Shown here: positions 31,207 through 41,559 of the stretch, one piece after another
How the letters are laid out: every line of letters begins with the position of its first letter
How positions within the stretch are numbered: the stretch's first letter is position 1
From: Flavobacteriales bacterium
GTDB lineage: Bacteria; Bacteroidota; Bacteroidia; CAIKAF01
NCBI GenBank assembly: GCA_026418175.1
Contig: JAOABX010000001.1
Span: 68,957 to 132,956 of the forward strand
DNA: 64,000 nt
Reading direction: 5' to 3'
Position numbers and translations under genes: made by a program
The notes under the pieces: generated by a model
Told to the model about the DNA's origin: nothing
The model's database searches: none
Seen by the model: the letters and a program-made list of their open reading frames with translations, nothing else

Positions 31207-32364
31207 CTACTTATTTACAACCAACTTCTTTTGGGTGATTTGTCCATTATTTTCTAATTGAATAATATACAATCCGTTAGATAATTTTTCAATATTTATA
31301 GTATGCGTTGAATGAAAAGCTTTTTCGCTAATGATTGTTTTTCCGGTTATATCAATGATGCTGATATGAGTTGTAGGTGATATGTTATTTATACTTAACA
31401 AAGTACTAGCTGGGTTAGGAAATATATGAGATTGTTCACTATTGCTAGTTTCAATACTTGTATTGTTAACTGAAAAATTTGTACATGATGATGTTTTAAC
31501 GCAATCGTTAAATGTGATTTGTACAGCATAGTTGCCAGATTGGGAAGGATAATAACTAGCATATGTTGCATTGGGTATTGGTTGCATACCATTATCGCAA
31601 TCAAGCCATTGATATGAATTACCATTTAATATATTTGCAGATAAATAACTTCCGTTATTAATAACTGAAATTGTATTAGGTACTATTTGTAAATTAAGGT
31701 TTGAAGATAAGTGACATCCGTTACTTCCTCCATTTAATGTTATAACTTCTTCTTGTGTTGAAGAAGAATAGGTTTGTCCATTTGCATTCCACGTATAAGG
31801 ATTGCATTGTACTATATTTGTATAATTTACTTCCATTGACGATGCCCAGTACATAAAATCCTGTCCATAATATGAAGTTCCACTAAAATTATTTGGAAGC
31901 GTTGTTCCAAAGATAACAGGTGCATAGAATACGTATTTACTAGCACTTGACATTAACGTATGATTAGTTGATGAACCATTTCCATTGTAAACGGCCATGA
32001 TCCAGTAATATTCATTATCAGCAAGATTAGTAATAGGAATAGGGAAATATAAATTTCCTGTATCTACAGTATGAATGCCTGTATGAGCAATCAAATAACC
32101 AGGAGTTCCACCATTATCAGAATATAATGCTAATATTACACCGGCATTGGTACCATTGCCTTTCATGCCTAAATGCGTTATTGTTGAAGCTGTAGAATTG
32201 TAGTGCCGAGTACCTAATAAATAATTAGCAGAAAAGCTAGTATTGGTTGTAAAATTAGCACCTTCATTACCAAAACCGCACTGCGCAAAGCTGATTTGGT
32301 TAATAAAGAGTTTAACAATAAACCATGTAAATAATAAAGAATAATTTTTTGTTAAAGCATTCAT
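31207..32364 (-). CDS. Secreted T9SS cargo (type A CTD), AT-rich, function unknown
   Basis: Signal peptide; CNPYTWNANGQTY and SYQWLDC linker modules; IFPNPAS...LSNGLYII...KKLVVNK. Confidence 0.85.
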   Translation of the reverse strand: MNALTKNYSLLFTWFIVKLFINQISFAQCGFGNEGANFTTNTSFSANYLLGTRHYNSTASTITHLGMKGNGTNAGVILALYSDNGGTPGYLIAHTGIHTVDTGNLYFPIPITNLADNEYYWIMAVYNGNGSSTNHTLMSSASKYVFYAPVIFGTTLPNNFSGTSYYGQDFMYWASSMEVNYTNIVQCNPYTWNANGQTYSSSTQEEVITLNGGSNGCHLSSNLNLQIVPNTISVINNGSYLSANILNGNSYQWLDCDNGMQPIPNATYASYYPSQSGNYAVQITFNDCVKTSSCTNFSVNNTSIETSNSEQSHIFPNPASTLLSINNISPTTHISIIDITGKTIISEKAFHSTHTINIEKLSNGLYIIQLENNGQITQKKLVVNK

Positions 32365-32561
32365 ATGTAGTTTTTTGATACAAGTGTAAGTTTTTTTTTA
32401 AAGTGTAGTACCAATATTTTCCGAACGGTTGTTTTGAGTTTACTAAATGCATACTAATAAAAAATTTGACTCAATGATTAGCTTTTTGGGAAAGAATTTT
32501 TTTAAAGTTAGTAATACATTAACTAAGGGGGAGGGGCTATTTGGCTTAAAGCAATAAAAGA

Positions 32562-32595
32562 AAAACCCTCTTCTTGTGTAAAAGAAGAGGGTTTT
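32562..32595 (-). terminator. Terminator of the SBBP gene
   Basis: AAAACCCTCTTCTT-6nt-AAGAAGAGGGTTTT. Confidence 0.8.
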
Positions 32596-32616
32596 ATCGA
32601 AGAAAACTACTACTTA

Positions 32617-35565
32617 CTACTTGTTTACAACAAGTTTCTTTTGGCTGAATTGGCCATTATTTTCAAGCTGTACGAAATAAATTCCATTTACTAAATCTTT
32701 GGTTGAAATATTATGTGTACTTGCATTTACTTTTTCAATTAGCATTACTTTACCTGTAATATCAATAATACTTACACGTGACCCGATTTCTACATTGGCA
32801 ATGGTAAATTGCGTTGATACAGGATTAGGATAAATTACAAAGTAATTTATGCTGTTATTTTCCGCTATACCCGTACAATCATTTACCTCAATATTACCGC
32901 TAGCCGATACGTTTCCACATCCACCGGTAAGCGTTACGGTGTAGTTAAAGGTTCCTGTTGCCGTTGGTGTTCCGCTGATAGTTACCGTTCCACTGCTGTA
33001 ATTACCGTTTACACCTGTTGGCAAGCCACTGAATGTAGCCCCCGTAGCATTTGTAGTGCTATACGTAATGTTTGTAATAGCTGTGTTTACGCACAGGGTT
33101 TGGTTGTCAGTGCCCGATGATGATAATAAATTAATTGTATTTATTGAGTTTACAGTTATTGTTCCGGTAGCTGTAACATTTCCGCCGCAACCACCTGATA
33201 AAGTAACAGTATAATTAAATGTACCTGTTACAGTAGGAGTACCGCTAATAGTTACTGTATTGGATGCAAATGTTCCAGATACACCGGTTGGTAATCCGGT
33301 AACAGTTGCACTTGTAGCACCAGATGTGTTATAAGTAATATTCGTAATAGGATTGTTTACACATAAACTTTGATTGTTTGTTCCAGCTGATGAAGTTAAA
33401 TTAATAGTAATTAAACTTCCTAAACATAATTTTGAAACAAAAACATCACTAGCTCCTCCATTTAAAGTTTGGAAACAACCAGAAACGATATCGTAATTGG
33501 AAGAATTAGTTACCCCCGTAACATATACGTTATTTGATCCATCTAAAGCAATACCTCGTACCATATCATCGTTTGTTCCCCCTATATATGTAGAATAAAT
33601 TAAAGATGAACCAGTAGGATTTAATTTTGTAACTAATACATCCCATCCTCCCTCATATGTAGTTTGATATGCACCTGAGGTAATATCATAGTCATTAGAA
33701 GCGGTCTGTCCGGTAATATATGCATTACCGAAACTATCTATTGCTAAAGAACGAACATCATCCCAATTAGCCCCCCCTATATAAGTAGAATATATTAATG
33801 AAGTACCATTGGAATTTAATTTTGTTACAAAAGCATCATAATTTCCTCCATTTGAGTTTTGAAAGACTCCGCTAGTGATATCATAGTTAGTTGAATTTGT
33901 CATTCCGGCAACATATACATCGCCTGAATTATCTACAGCAATTGTGTATCCTTCATCATTACTACTACCACCAATGTATGTAGAAAATAATAAAGCAGTT
34001 CCTGTAGAATTTAGCTTTGTAACAAAAACATCCCAACCTCCTTGTAATGTAGTTTGAAATGCACCGGTTGTAATATCAAAATTACCGGATGATGATCTAC
34101 CAACGATATATACATTTTCAGTAGCATCTACATTAATCCCATAAGCTTCATCATTATCACTGCCTCCTAAATATGTTGAAAATACTAAATTTGAACCATT
34201 TGAATTTATTTTAGTAACAAAAACATCCCATACACCTTGATTGGAGCTTTGAATTACGCCAGGTGTAACATCATAATTTGTGGAGCTTGTTGAACCTGTT
34301 ATATATGCATTACCTGATGCATCTACTTTAATTGAATACGCTTGATCATTAGAGGTTCCTCCAACATATGTTGAATATAGTAAAGCAGTTCCTGTAGCAT
34401 TTAATTTTGTAACTATTACATCGTTTGTGCCTCCCCCAAAAGTATTTTGAAAAACTCCACTTGTAATAGGATAACCTGATGAACTTGTAAATCCGGTTAT
34501 ATATGCATTACTCGAGGCATCAATATCAATAGAAATAGCTTCATCATCACCAGTATTAGTTCCTATAAAAGTAGAGTATATCAAGTTTGTTCCCGTTGGA
34601 TTTACTTTTGTAACGAAAATATCCCAACCGCCTCCGCTATAAGTTGTTTGAAATGAACCCGTAGTAACATCATAATTTGATGATGTGGTTCTGCCAGTAA
34701 TGTAAGCATTACCCGAACCATCAACTTTGATTGAGAAAGACTGATCATGAGAATTACCTCCTATATATGTTGAATAAATCAATGGGTCAATTATTAAGGT
34801 TTGGTTTTTATCATATTCGGCAACTGCTATGCTCCATAAATCTTTTTGCTTTATAAAGCGGCTAGCGATAGTTTTTCCTTGTTGATAAGTTTTAAGTTCA
34901 GCCATTTGCACTTCCCCAAAGCGGGTGTTAAATATGAGCTTATTACCGTCTTTGCTATAGGTATCAAATTGTCCTTTTAGTTTAAATTTTATTTGAGTAG
35001 GATCTGCTCCTGGATGTACTACATAATCATAGCGCAGAAATCCTCTGTCAAAATAGTAACGAATATCTATGCCTTCATACACATTTTTTATTAATGCCTC
35101 TTTGTACAAACCCACATAAGCAGCGTGTTTGCTTGGGTCGTTGCCAATAAAGTAATTGTAATAGCTTTCCTGCTTTTGTTTGCCTTCGTGTTGTGGTAGA
35201 GGGTTGTGGTTTTGAAGTTCAAACAATACCCTATGCCCCAACAGGATGCTGTTTTCTAAATCCTCATGCTCAAACTTGCCTTTGGGCATACGCTCATCGC
35301 ATTTATTAGGAGCCTTAGAGTCTTTTTTTATTTGGTAAAACGTGTAGTTTACACCATACTTAGTAATCCAGGCATCCAAGCCGCCCATTCGAGCCAAGTA
35401 CAACACATCGGAATCCCACTGGCCTTTGTTTTCGATAAAAAAACTTTTGTCGCTGCCTTGCATGAGCGATTGAGCTTCTGAATTGAAAAAGTTACTTTTT
35501 TGTGAGAATAAATCACACAAGTTTAAGATTAGCACTGCAAATAGTAAAGCTAGTTTTGTTTTCAT
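32617..35565 (-). CDS. SBBP beta-propeller repeat T9SS cargo with two Ig-like repeats and type A CTD
   Basis: FIENKGQW, NYFIGND, IIDPL N-domain; seven YSTYIGG..D....I.VD.SGN.YITG.T.S repeats; two GLPTGV...TISGTPT.TGTFNYTV repeats; IYPNPV CTD. Confidence 0.9.
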   Translation of the reverse strand: MKTKLALLFAVLILNLCDLFSQKSNFFNSEAQSLMQGSDKSFFIENKGQWDSDVLYLARMGGLDAWITKYGVNYTFYQIKKDSKAPNKCDERMPKGKFEHEDLENSILLGHRVLFELQNHNPLPQHEGKQKQESYYNYFIGNDPSKHAAYVGLYKEALIKNVYEGIDIRYYFDRGFLRYDYVVHPGADPTQIKFKLKGQFDTYSKDGNKLIFNTRFGEVQMAELKTYQQGKTIASRFIKQKDLWSIAVAEYDKNQTLIIDPLIYSTYIGGNSHDQSFSIKVDGSGNAYITGRTTSSNYDVTTGSFQTTYSGGGWDIFVTKVNPTGTNLIYSTFIGTNTGDDEAISIDIDASSNAYITGFTSSSGYPITSGVFQNTFGGGTNDVIVTKLNATGTALLYSTYVGGTSNDQAYSIKVDASGNAYITGSTSSTNYDVTPGVIQSSNQGVWDVFVTKINSNGSNLVFSTYLGGSDNDEAYGINVDATENVYIVGRSSSGNFDITTGAFQTTLQGGWDVFVTKLNSTGTALLFSTYIGGSSNDEGYTIAVDNSGDVYVAGMTNSTNYDITSGVFQNSNGGNYDAFVTKLNSNGTSLIYSTYIGGANWDDVRSLAIDSFGNAYITGQTASNDYDITSGAYQTTYEGGWDVLVTKLNPTGSSLIYSTYIGGTNDDMVRGIALDGSNNVYVTGVTNSSNYDIVSGCFQTLNGGASDVFVSKLCLGSLITINLTSSAGTNNQSLCVNNPITNITYNTSGATSATVTGLPTGVSGTFASNTVTISGTPTVTGTFNYTVTLSGGCGGNVTATGTITVNSINTINLLSSSGTDNQTLCVNTAITNITYSTTNATGATFSGLPTGVNGNYSSGTVTISGTPTATGTFNYTVTLTGGCGNVSASGNIEVNDCTGIAENNSINYFVIYPNPVSTQFTIANVEIGSRVSIIDITGKVMLIEKVNASTHNISTKDLVNGIYFVQLENNGQFSQKKLVVNK

Positions 35566-35650
35566 TGCGAAACGAATTATTATAATAAAAACAAATTAAT
35601 ATAAAAATACTTGTTGTTTAAAGGGGGATTTATTGAAATGCATTTATTAT

Positions 35651-35686
35651 TTAACGAATGGTTGATTTTATTTAACCATTCGTTAA
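35651..35686. promoter_or_regulatory. Perfect 13-bp inverted repeat, candidate regulator site
   Basis: TTAACGAATGGTT-N10-AACCATTCGTTAA. Confidence 0.6.
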
Positions 35687-35711
35687 GTGTTTGTATTTAA
35701 TCGCATAAATT

Positions 35712-35957
35712 AATTCATATTCCGAGATAAATTGTAACAAGTCAGAAATGATTACTGCCAGCAAGGGGTTAAAATATTTTGAAGACATACTGGATGTTTA
35801 TTCGCAATTCAAACGATGCCATAAATCCTACATCGTAAATCTGAATTGTGTGGATGAATACATTAAAAGCGATGGAGGAAGCTTAGTCATTAAAGGGTAA
35901 GTCATTCCGGTGAACTCGGAAAAATCAACAGAGTTCCTTCAGCGGCTTAGCAGATAA
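35712..35957 (+). pseudogene. Truncated LytTR DNA-binding domain with internal stop (not in the ORF track)
   Basis: Manual translation: NSYSEINCNKSEMITASKGLKYFEDILDVYSQFKRCHKSYIVNLNCVDEYIKSDGGSLVIKG*VIPVNSEKSTEFLQRLSR*. TAA at 35898-35900; no receiver domain. Confidence 0.85.
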
Positions 35958-35960
35958 AGG

Positions 35961-36899
35961 TTACTTGATGGCACCCAGTGCGCTGGCATTGGCACTAATA
36001 GGAATATCAGCCACCCAGTCTTTGTCCGGTACATTGGGTGGCAATACAATGGGATTGCCAAGATAATCAACACGCTTTCCAGGATATATGCATGATCTCC
36101 ATAAATATTTCAGTAAACTTTTCTGATTGAGGTTGGGATGAATGTAAGGTGCAATGTATTTTTCGTGAAACTGTGGCAGCAAGCTCCAGTGAAGACCCGG
36201 ACGTAAGTGATGGATACCATGATATCCATTATTGAAAGCAAACCAGTTTAGTAGCTTGCCTGTAAAATTTCGGCTGTGATTATATGGATGATTTTCATCG
36301 CAACCTTCATGTTGCCAATAATTTGTTCCTACAATGCCCCACGCTGCATATTGATGAGGGATAAGTACTACCAATAAAAATTTTTGCCAATCAATTATTA
36401 ATAGTGTAATTCTTACACTATTTAATAAAATAGATTCAATCAAATATTGTTTAAACCACCGTGGTTTTTCTTTATACATTCGACGTACGAATCGTATTTC
36501 AGATTTTAAAATATCGCCGCTCATGAGATAAAAGAAGAGCAGTTGATTTAGCAAATTCCATTTAAAGCGTGCCTTAGTAGTACGAATGCTATCTTTTTCT
36601 GTTTGTGTGTATTTGTGGTGACTAAAGTTGTGCCCTGGCACATAAGCACTTACAGGATGCCCATAAGTGAATGTAAGAATAACCTGCATTACCTGGTTGG
36701 CAATGCGATTTGTAAACATGGGACAGTGTATCGTATTGTGTACAATGGTGGCGCAGAAAAACGAAAAGGTGCAATTAAGTAAAATAAGTGGAGTAGCGAT
36801 ATACCAGGGTTGAGGTAGGGCAATCCAGGTACCAATGGCTAACGAAAAGTAAAAAGCCACAAAAACCAAGGTTCGTATATCAGCTTTATATTTCAACAT
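35961..36899 (-). CDS. Membrane fatty acid desaturase family protein
   Basis: His boxes HNTIH, HNFSHH, HGIHH. Confidence 0.88.
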   Translation of the reverse strand: MLKYKADIRTLVFVAFYFSLAIGTWIALPQPWYIATPLILLNCTFSFFCATIVHNTIHCPMFTNRIANQVMQVILTFTYGHPVSAYVPGHNFSHHKYTQTEKDSIRTTKARFKWNLLNQLLFFYLMSGDILKSEIRFVRRMYKEKPRWFKQYLIESILLNSVRITLLIIDWQKFLLVVLIPHQYAAWGIVGTNYWQHEGCDENHPYNHSRNFTGKLLNWFAFNNGYHGIHHLRPGLHWSLLPQFHEKYIAPYIHPNLNQKSLLKYLWRSCIYPGKRVDYLGNPIVLPPNVPDKDWVADIPISANASALGAIK

Positions 36900-36961
36900 A
36901 TATTGTTAATTGCGAATTTACGTTTTTTCGGTTAATTGGATGATGATTTTTAAAAATATAC

Positions 36962-37891
36962 TTATGAATTCATCTGCACAATTTCTGGAAACCAAAAAAC
37001 AGGCTGCATTGCTTTTTGTTGAAAATACGATATAGCTTCTTGTGGATTACGACAGGTAAACAAAATAAAATCTCCCCCCCAGGCCCCTAGCGATTTTATT
37101 GTATATGGATAATCGATAAACAACTGTTGCTTTATAGGTTGAATCTGAAGTACATCTGACATAATGGATTCATGGTCATTTAGCAGATTTTCAAAAACAT
37201 CAATAGTAGTAGCTTTTGTAATTTCTATTGAAATATCGCTGATTCGTCGGATGGTTTGTTCTGTATAATTAGCTTGTTGATTGAATTGGTTCATAGAACT
37301 TCGGGAGTTCATTTTTTTACCTAGATAAACAAATCCAATGTAATGTGAATACAACGGATGAAACTCAGCAGCTTTAACTTCAGGTTGTTGGTTTATTAAC
37401 TGAAAAAATATAGGCCCTTGGGCTGTTGCGCAGGCAATATCATATCCTGAACCACCAAAAGTTTTTTTCAACAAAGTATATGGATTTACATTGGCCCAAC
37501 GTGCAATGGAAGAAATTAGGGTTGAGCTGCTTCCGAGTCCCCACTGCATCATAAAATCAGTTTCAGTTTCTGCATGGATTTCATGATTGTTTCTAAGAAA
37601 ATCGAAATTCATCTCCCGAGCCGCAATTAATATTTGTTGTAGGGTGGTGGCTATTTGTTTGTCGGTAGTAGCATTAATTTGAAAATCATCTTTATCAAAG
37701 GTAGCTTCGAACCATACCTGGCCTTGCTCGCGGCTTTGCCATAGCAACTCTGTGCCGTTTTTACCTGTGTCAGTAATTTTAAGAGTTTGTTTGAATTTTA
37801 ATGGTAATGCTAAAGCTAAAGCGCCTCGGGTTACTAAATATTCACCAGTGAGCAATAATTTTGTATGTGAAGCGAAAATAAATTCTTGCAT
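36962..37891 (-). CDS. GYDIA-family GHMP kinase
   Basis: KLLLTGEY, WGLGSSS, GGSGYDIACA, KSLGAWGGDF. Confidence 0.9.
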   Translation of the reverse strand: MQEFIFASHTKLLLTGEYLVTRGALALALPLKFKQTLKITDTGKNGTELLWQSREQGQVWFEATFDKDDFQINATTDKQIATTLQQILIAAREMNFDFLRNNHEIHAETETDFMMQWGLGSSSTLISSIARWANVNPYTLLKKTFGGSGYDIACATAQGPIFFQLINQQPEVKAAEFHPLYSHYIGFVYLGKKMNSRSSMNQFNQQANYTEQTIRRISDISIEITKATTIDVFENLLNDHESIMSDVLQIQPIKQQLFIDYPYTIKSLGAWGGDFILFTCRNPQEAISYFQQKAMQPVFWFPEIVQMNS

Positions 37892-37894
37892 GAA

Positions 37895-39235
37895 TTAGCT
37901 CTGATGAATGATTTGTCCACGTTCAGCCGTAATAAAATCACGTACTGTAGAAAAAGAAACTTTATGATGCTTAAAAAATTCAATGGCCTTTTCTTTTTCT
38001 TCTTCCGTAGCATCAAAGTGGTTCAAAATATTCAGTAAGTGCATTTTCATATGCCCTTTCTGAATGCCGGTAGTAGTTAATGATTTTAATGCGGCAAAGT
38101 TATTAGCCAATCCAATGGTAGCTGCAATCATCATCAATTCTCTAGCACTGGGATTCCCCAACAATTCTAACCCCCGTTTTACCAACGGATGCAAGCTGGT
38201 AAGCCCACCCACTACACCAAGTGCCATGGGTACGGTTAGCGTAAATGTAAAGAGGTCATTATCTAAACTTACTTCTGTAAGGCTTTTATATTGGCCACTA
38301 CGTGATGCATATGCATGGCCGCATGCCTCTACTGCTCTGAAATCGTTGCCTGTGGCTAACACCACCGCATCAATTCCATTGTATATTCCTTTGTTATGAG
38401 TGGTGGCCCGATACACATCTACCTGGGCAATTTTTACGGCTTTTTGGAATTTCCAGGCAAACTCTCGGGCTGTCATTCCGCCGTCAAACGTTCCCAGTTC
38501 ATCAATAGGGCATTGCACCCAGGCTTTTACCAGGCAATCAGGAGTATAATTTGAAAGTATACTCATGATTACATGGACTTGTTTTTCTTCTTCGTTGAAT
38601 ATGCTTTGTGTTTCTATCCAGTCTTTCAGAATGGTAGCAAATTCTTCAAGGCATGAATTGATGAAATTCGCTCCCATCGAATCGCAGGTATCAAATTCAG
38701 CCTTCAGTTGGTAATAACCAGGTTCATGCATGGTCATATCTACCAGCATTATATCAAGTATTCCTCCCCCCCGCTGTTGCATGTTAGCCGTAATATGCGT
38801 GGTGTTTTGAATGAGCAAATGCTTTAACTCTGAAAAGTTATTTTCTAATTTTTTCTTATCACCATGCCATATAAAGTGTACTTGGCCTACTTTTCGGGTA
38901 TCAATTACTTCGGCTTTAAATCCACCTTTATCTGCCCAAAATTTTGCACTTTTCGCTGCAGCAGCCACAACCGAACTTTCTTCAATAGCTGTGGGTACCA
39001 TATAAACTTTTCCGTTAAGCAATACGTTAGGTACTATGCCAAACGGGAAGTAATAGTTGGCGATGGTATTTTCGCTGAATTCATCAAATTTTTTTTGCAA
39101 TTCGGCGTTGGGATGATTGAAACTCCTTAATTCTTTTTCTATCAATTCCGGATGTTCAAAATGAGAGGCAACTGCCCGAATTTTTTCTTCTTTACTTAGT
39201 TTAGAAAAACCTGGTATAATTTTACTGATACTCAT
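37895..39235 (-). CDS. mvaA: Class II HMG-CoA reductase (start likely MSISK)
   Basis: EESSVVAAA, DSMGANFIN, RATTHNKGI.NG, TGNDFRA, GIQKGHMKMH. Confidence 0.92.
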   Translation of the reverse strand: MSISKIIPGFSKLSKEEKIRAVASHFEHPELIEKELRSFNHPNAELQKKFDEFSENTIANYYFPFGIVPNVLLNGKVYMVPTAIEESSVVAAAAKSAKFWADKGGFKAEVIDTRKVGQVHFIWHGDKKKLENNFSELKHLLIQNTTHITANMQQRGGGILDIMLVDMTMHEPGYYQLKAEFDTCDSMGANFINSCLEEFATILKDWIETQSIFNEEEKQVHVIMSILSNYTPDCLVKAWVQCPIDELGTFDGGMTAREFAWKFQKAVKIAQVDVYRATTHNKGIYNGIDAVVLATGNDFRAVEACGHAYASRSGQYKSLTEVSLDNDLFTFTLTVPMALGVVGGLTSLHPLVKRGLELLGNPSARELMMIAATIGLANNFAALKSLTTTGIQKGHMKMHLLNILNHFDATEEEKEKAIEFFKHHKVSFSTVRDFITAERGQIIHQS

Positions 39236-39272
39236 ATAATTTGTGTACTTATCAATTAAATCAGCCAAATAT

Positions 39273-40289
39273 TCAGGATGTTTTTACACGCAAAAAAGCA
39301 TGTGCTATTTCCAAGCCTTTGATTTGCATAGAAACATAGTTATGTAATGTTTCATAATTGCCCTGTGCATATTTCAAAAACCCGGATGCTTGACCATAAA
39401 TGGCTGGAGTTTTAATTTTTTGGATGTAATAATAACCGTCTAAGAAATTTCGAACACCGCCTGAAATAATCACTTCATTGCAGCATGCTTGTCCCATGAG
39501 TTCGTCTAAAATACGGTTAGTTAAATGAACCATTTCTTCGGCAGTGTGGCCAATCAGTGCCAATGGTTCATATAATTCTTTTACTTCAGGCTTGGCTCGT
39601 AATAGTTCCAACATGGCAAAGTTAGTGCCTCCGTGTGCACCAAAATCAATAGCCTGTAAGGGAAGTTTAAATAACTCTTTTAGGCTATGATACCCCATAC
39701 CCTGGCCAACTTCTTTTACAATAACTGGAAAATTTACAGCATCGAGCACCCGTTTTATGGTAGTTAGTGAGTCATGGGCAAATCGGTCTCCTTCGGGTTG
39801 TAACCATTCTTGCATTGGGTTAACATGAATAATTAACCCATCGGCTCGAAGTCGGTGAACCAAATCAATGGCTTTTTGAAGTTTATTTGAAGCAATTAGC
39901 TCTTCTAGTTGAGCTATACCAAGGTTTGCATAAAATGGTAAATCTTCACCGATAATATCCCGAAGGTCAAAATCTGAAAAATAGGTATTATCATCCAGGA
40001 TTATCCGGCATGAACCTAGCCCCATACCTAATCCGAATTCATGGCAAGCCCTTGCCAGATTGCGATTGATGATACCGGCTTTTTGAGTGCCACCGGTCAT
40101 GCTGGAAATCCAAATAGGAGCCTTGAGTGTATGGTTTAAAATCTTAATTGGGCGGAGGCCGCCTTGAGGGTGAGCTGAAAGTAAGGGTTCGTAAAAAAAA
40201 CGATGGTCTGTTTGGGTTACCTGCGATTCAAAAGCTAAAGCAATATGATCATGCTTGCGGTTTTCTGTTACAGATGTTTCTTCTGGCAT
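39273..40289 (-). CDS. fni: Type 2 (FMN-dependent) isopentenyl-diphosphate isomerase
   Basis: RKHDHI, SSMTGG, HVNPMQE..QPEGD, IVKEVGQG, GGTNFA, SGGVR. Confidence 0.92.
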   Translation of the reverse strand: MPEETSVTENRKHDHIALAFESQVTQTDHRFFYEPLLSAHPQGGLRPIKILNHTLKAPIWISSMTGGTQKAGIINRNLARACHEFGLGMGLGSCRIILDDNTYFSDFDLRDIIGEDLPFYANLGIAQLEELIASNKLQKAIDLVHRLRADGLIIHVNPMQEWLQPEGDRFAHDSLTTIKRVLDAVNFPVIVKEVGQGMGYHSLKELFKLPLQAIDFGAHGGTNFAMLELLRAKPEVKELYEPLALIGHTAEEMVHLTNRILDELMGQACCNEVIISGGVRNFLDGYYYIQKIKTPAIYGQASGFLKYAQGNYETLHNYVSMQIKGLEIAHAFLRVKTS

Positions 40290-40453
40290 AATTATAGGTT
40301 ATCGCTGCAAATAATAGAATAGAAAGAAACAATATCAAAAATTAAACCAAAATTGTTGAATGGTTTCATTTTCCTAGATAATTTCAGTATCATAATATCT
40401 AATGTATTCATTTCCTGAATGGTTTCGACAATATTGTTATTTTCGTACCCGCG

Positions 40454-41473
40454 ATGAGACCCCGGTTAAAGATAGACATGCATACGCATATCCTGCCGAA
40501 GGAGCTCCCTGATTTTGCTAAAAAATTCGGATATGATGGGTTTATACACTTGCACCATCACCGCCCAGGGTATGCTCGGATGATGCAAGGAGAAAAGTTT
40601 TTTAGGGAAATTCAGGAAAATTGTTGGGACGAAAAAGTGCGCATACATGAATATGCACAATTTAATACCCAAGTTCAGGTGGTTTGTACAATTCCGGTAA
40701 TGTTTTCCTACTGGGCGAAACCCCATGATTGCCTGGAATTATCGCGGTTTTTAAATGACCATATTGCTGATATAACATTTCACTATCCCAAAAACTATAT
40801 TGGCTTAGGCACCATTCCCATGCAAGATGCAGAATTAGCCATAAAAGAACTGGAGCGTTTAAAATATGAATGCAAAATGCCCGGTATTCAAATCGGGTCC
40901 AATATCAATGATAAAAATTTAGGGGAAGATGAATTTTTCCCCATTTTTGAAGCCTGTCAGGCATTAGATATGGCTGTTTTTGTGCATCCTTGGAACATGA
41001 TGGGCCAGCAGCACATGGCTAAGTATTGGCTTCCCTGGCTGGTAGGTATGCCGGCAGAAACAGCCCGGGCCATAGCTTCATTAATTTTTAGCGGAGTGAT
41101 GGAACGACTACCAAACCTAAGATTTTGTTTTGCTCATGCCGGTGGCTCTTTTGTTCCAACCATTGGCAGGCTGGAGCATGGGTTTAATTGTCGGCCCGAC
41201 TTGGTAGCGATTGATAATCCGGTCAACCCTAGAAATTATCTGGGACGGTTTTGGGTTGATTCGGCAACCCATGACCCGGATTTGTTAAAATATATTCTTG
41301 ATAAAGTAGGAAGTAAAAAAGTTTGTCTCGGTACTGATTATCCTTTTCCTTTGGGAGATTTGGAAATAGGGGCTTTTATAGAAAAAATGAATCTCCCGGA
41401 AGAAGTCCTTGATGATATTTTTTTTAGATCAACGCTTGAATGGTTAAAACTTCCGGTTGAAAATTTTTTATAA
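40454..41473 (+). CDS. ACMS decarboxylase-like amidohydrolase
   Basis: IDMHTHILP, FVHPW, WLPWLVGMPAET, FAHAGG, LGTDYPFPLG. Confidence 0.9.
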   Translation: MRPRLKIDMHTHILPKELPDFAKKFGYDGFIHLHHHRPGYARMMQGEKFFREIQENCWDEKVRIHEYAQFNTQVQVVCTIPVMFSYWAKPHDCLELSRFLNDHIADITFHYPKNYIGLGTIPMQDAELAIKELERLKYECKMPGIQIGSNINDKNLGEDEFFPIFEACQALDMAVFVHPWNMMGQQHMAKYWLPWLVGMPAETARAIASLIFSGVMERLPNLRFCFAHAGGSFVPTIGRLEHGFNCRPDLVAIDNPVNPRNYLGRFWVDSATHDPDLLKYILDKVGSKKVCLGTDYPFPLGDLEIGAFIEKMNLPEEVLDDIFFRSTLEWLKLPVENFL

Positions 41474-41559
41474 GCAACATTAATTAAAAAAATTATCAAC
41501 ATCCCTTTATCATCCATTACCTCCTTTTTAACTTCGAAAGCAGTTTAAATTTTATTGTC

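Noticed and set aside
33430..34780. CRISPR-like or DNA tandem array
   Set aside because: The periodicity is degenerate in-frame SBBP protein repeats, not identical repeats with spacers.
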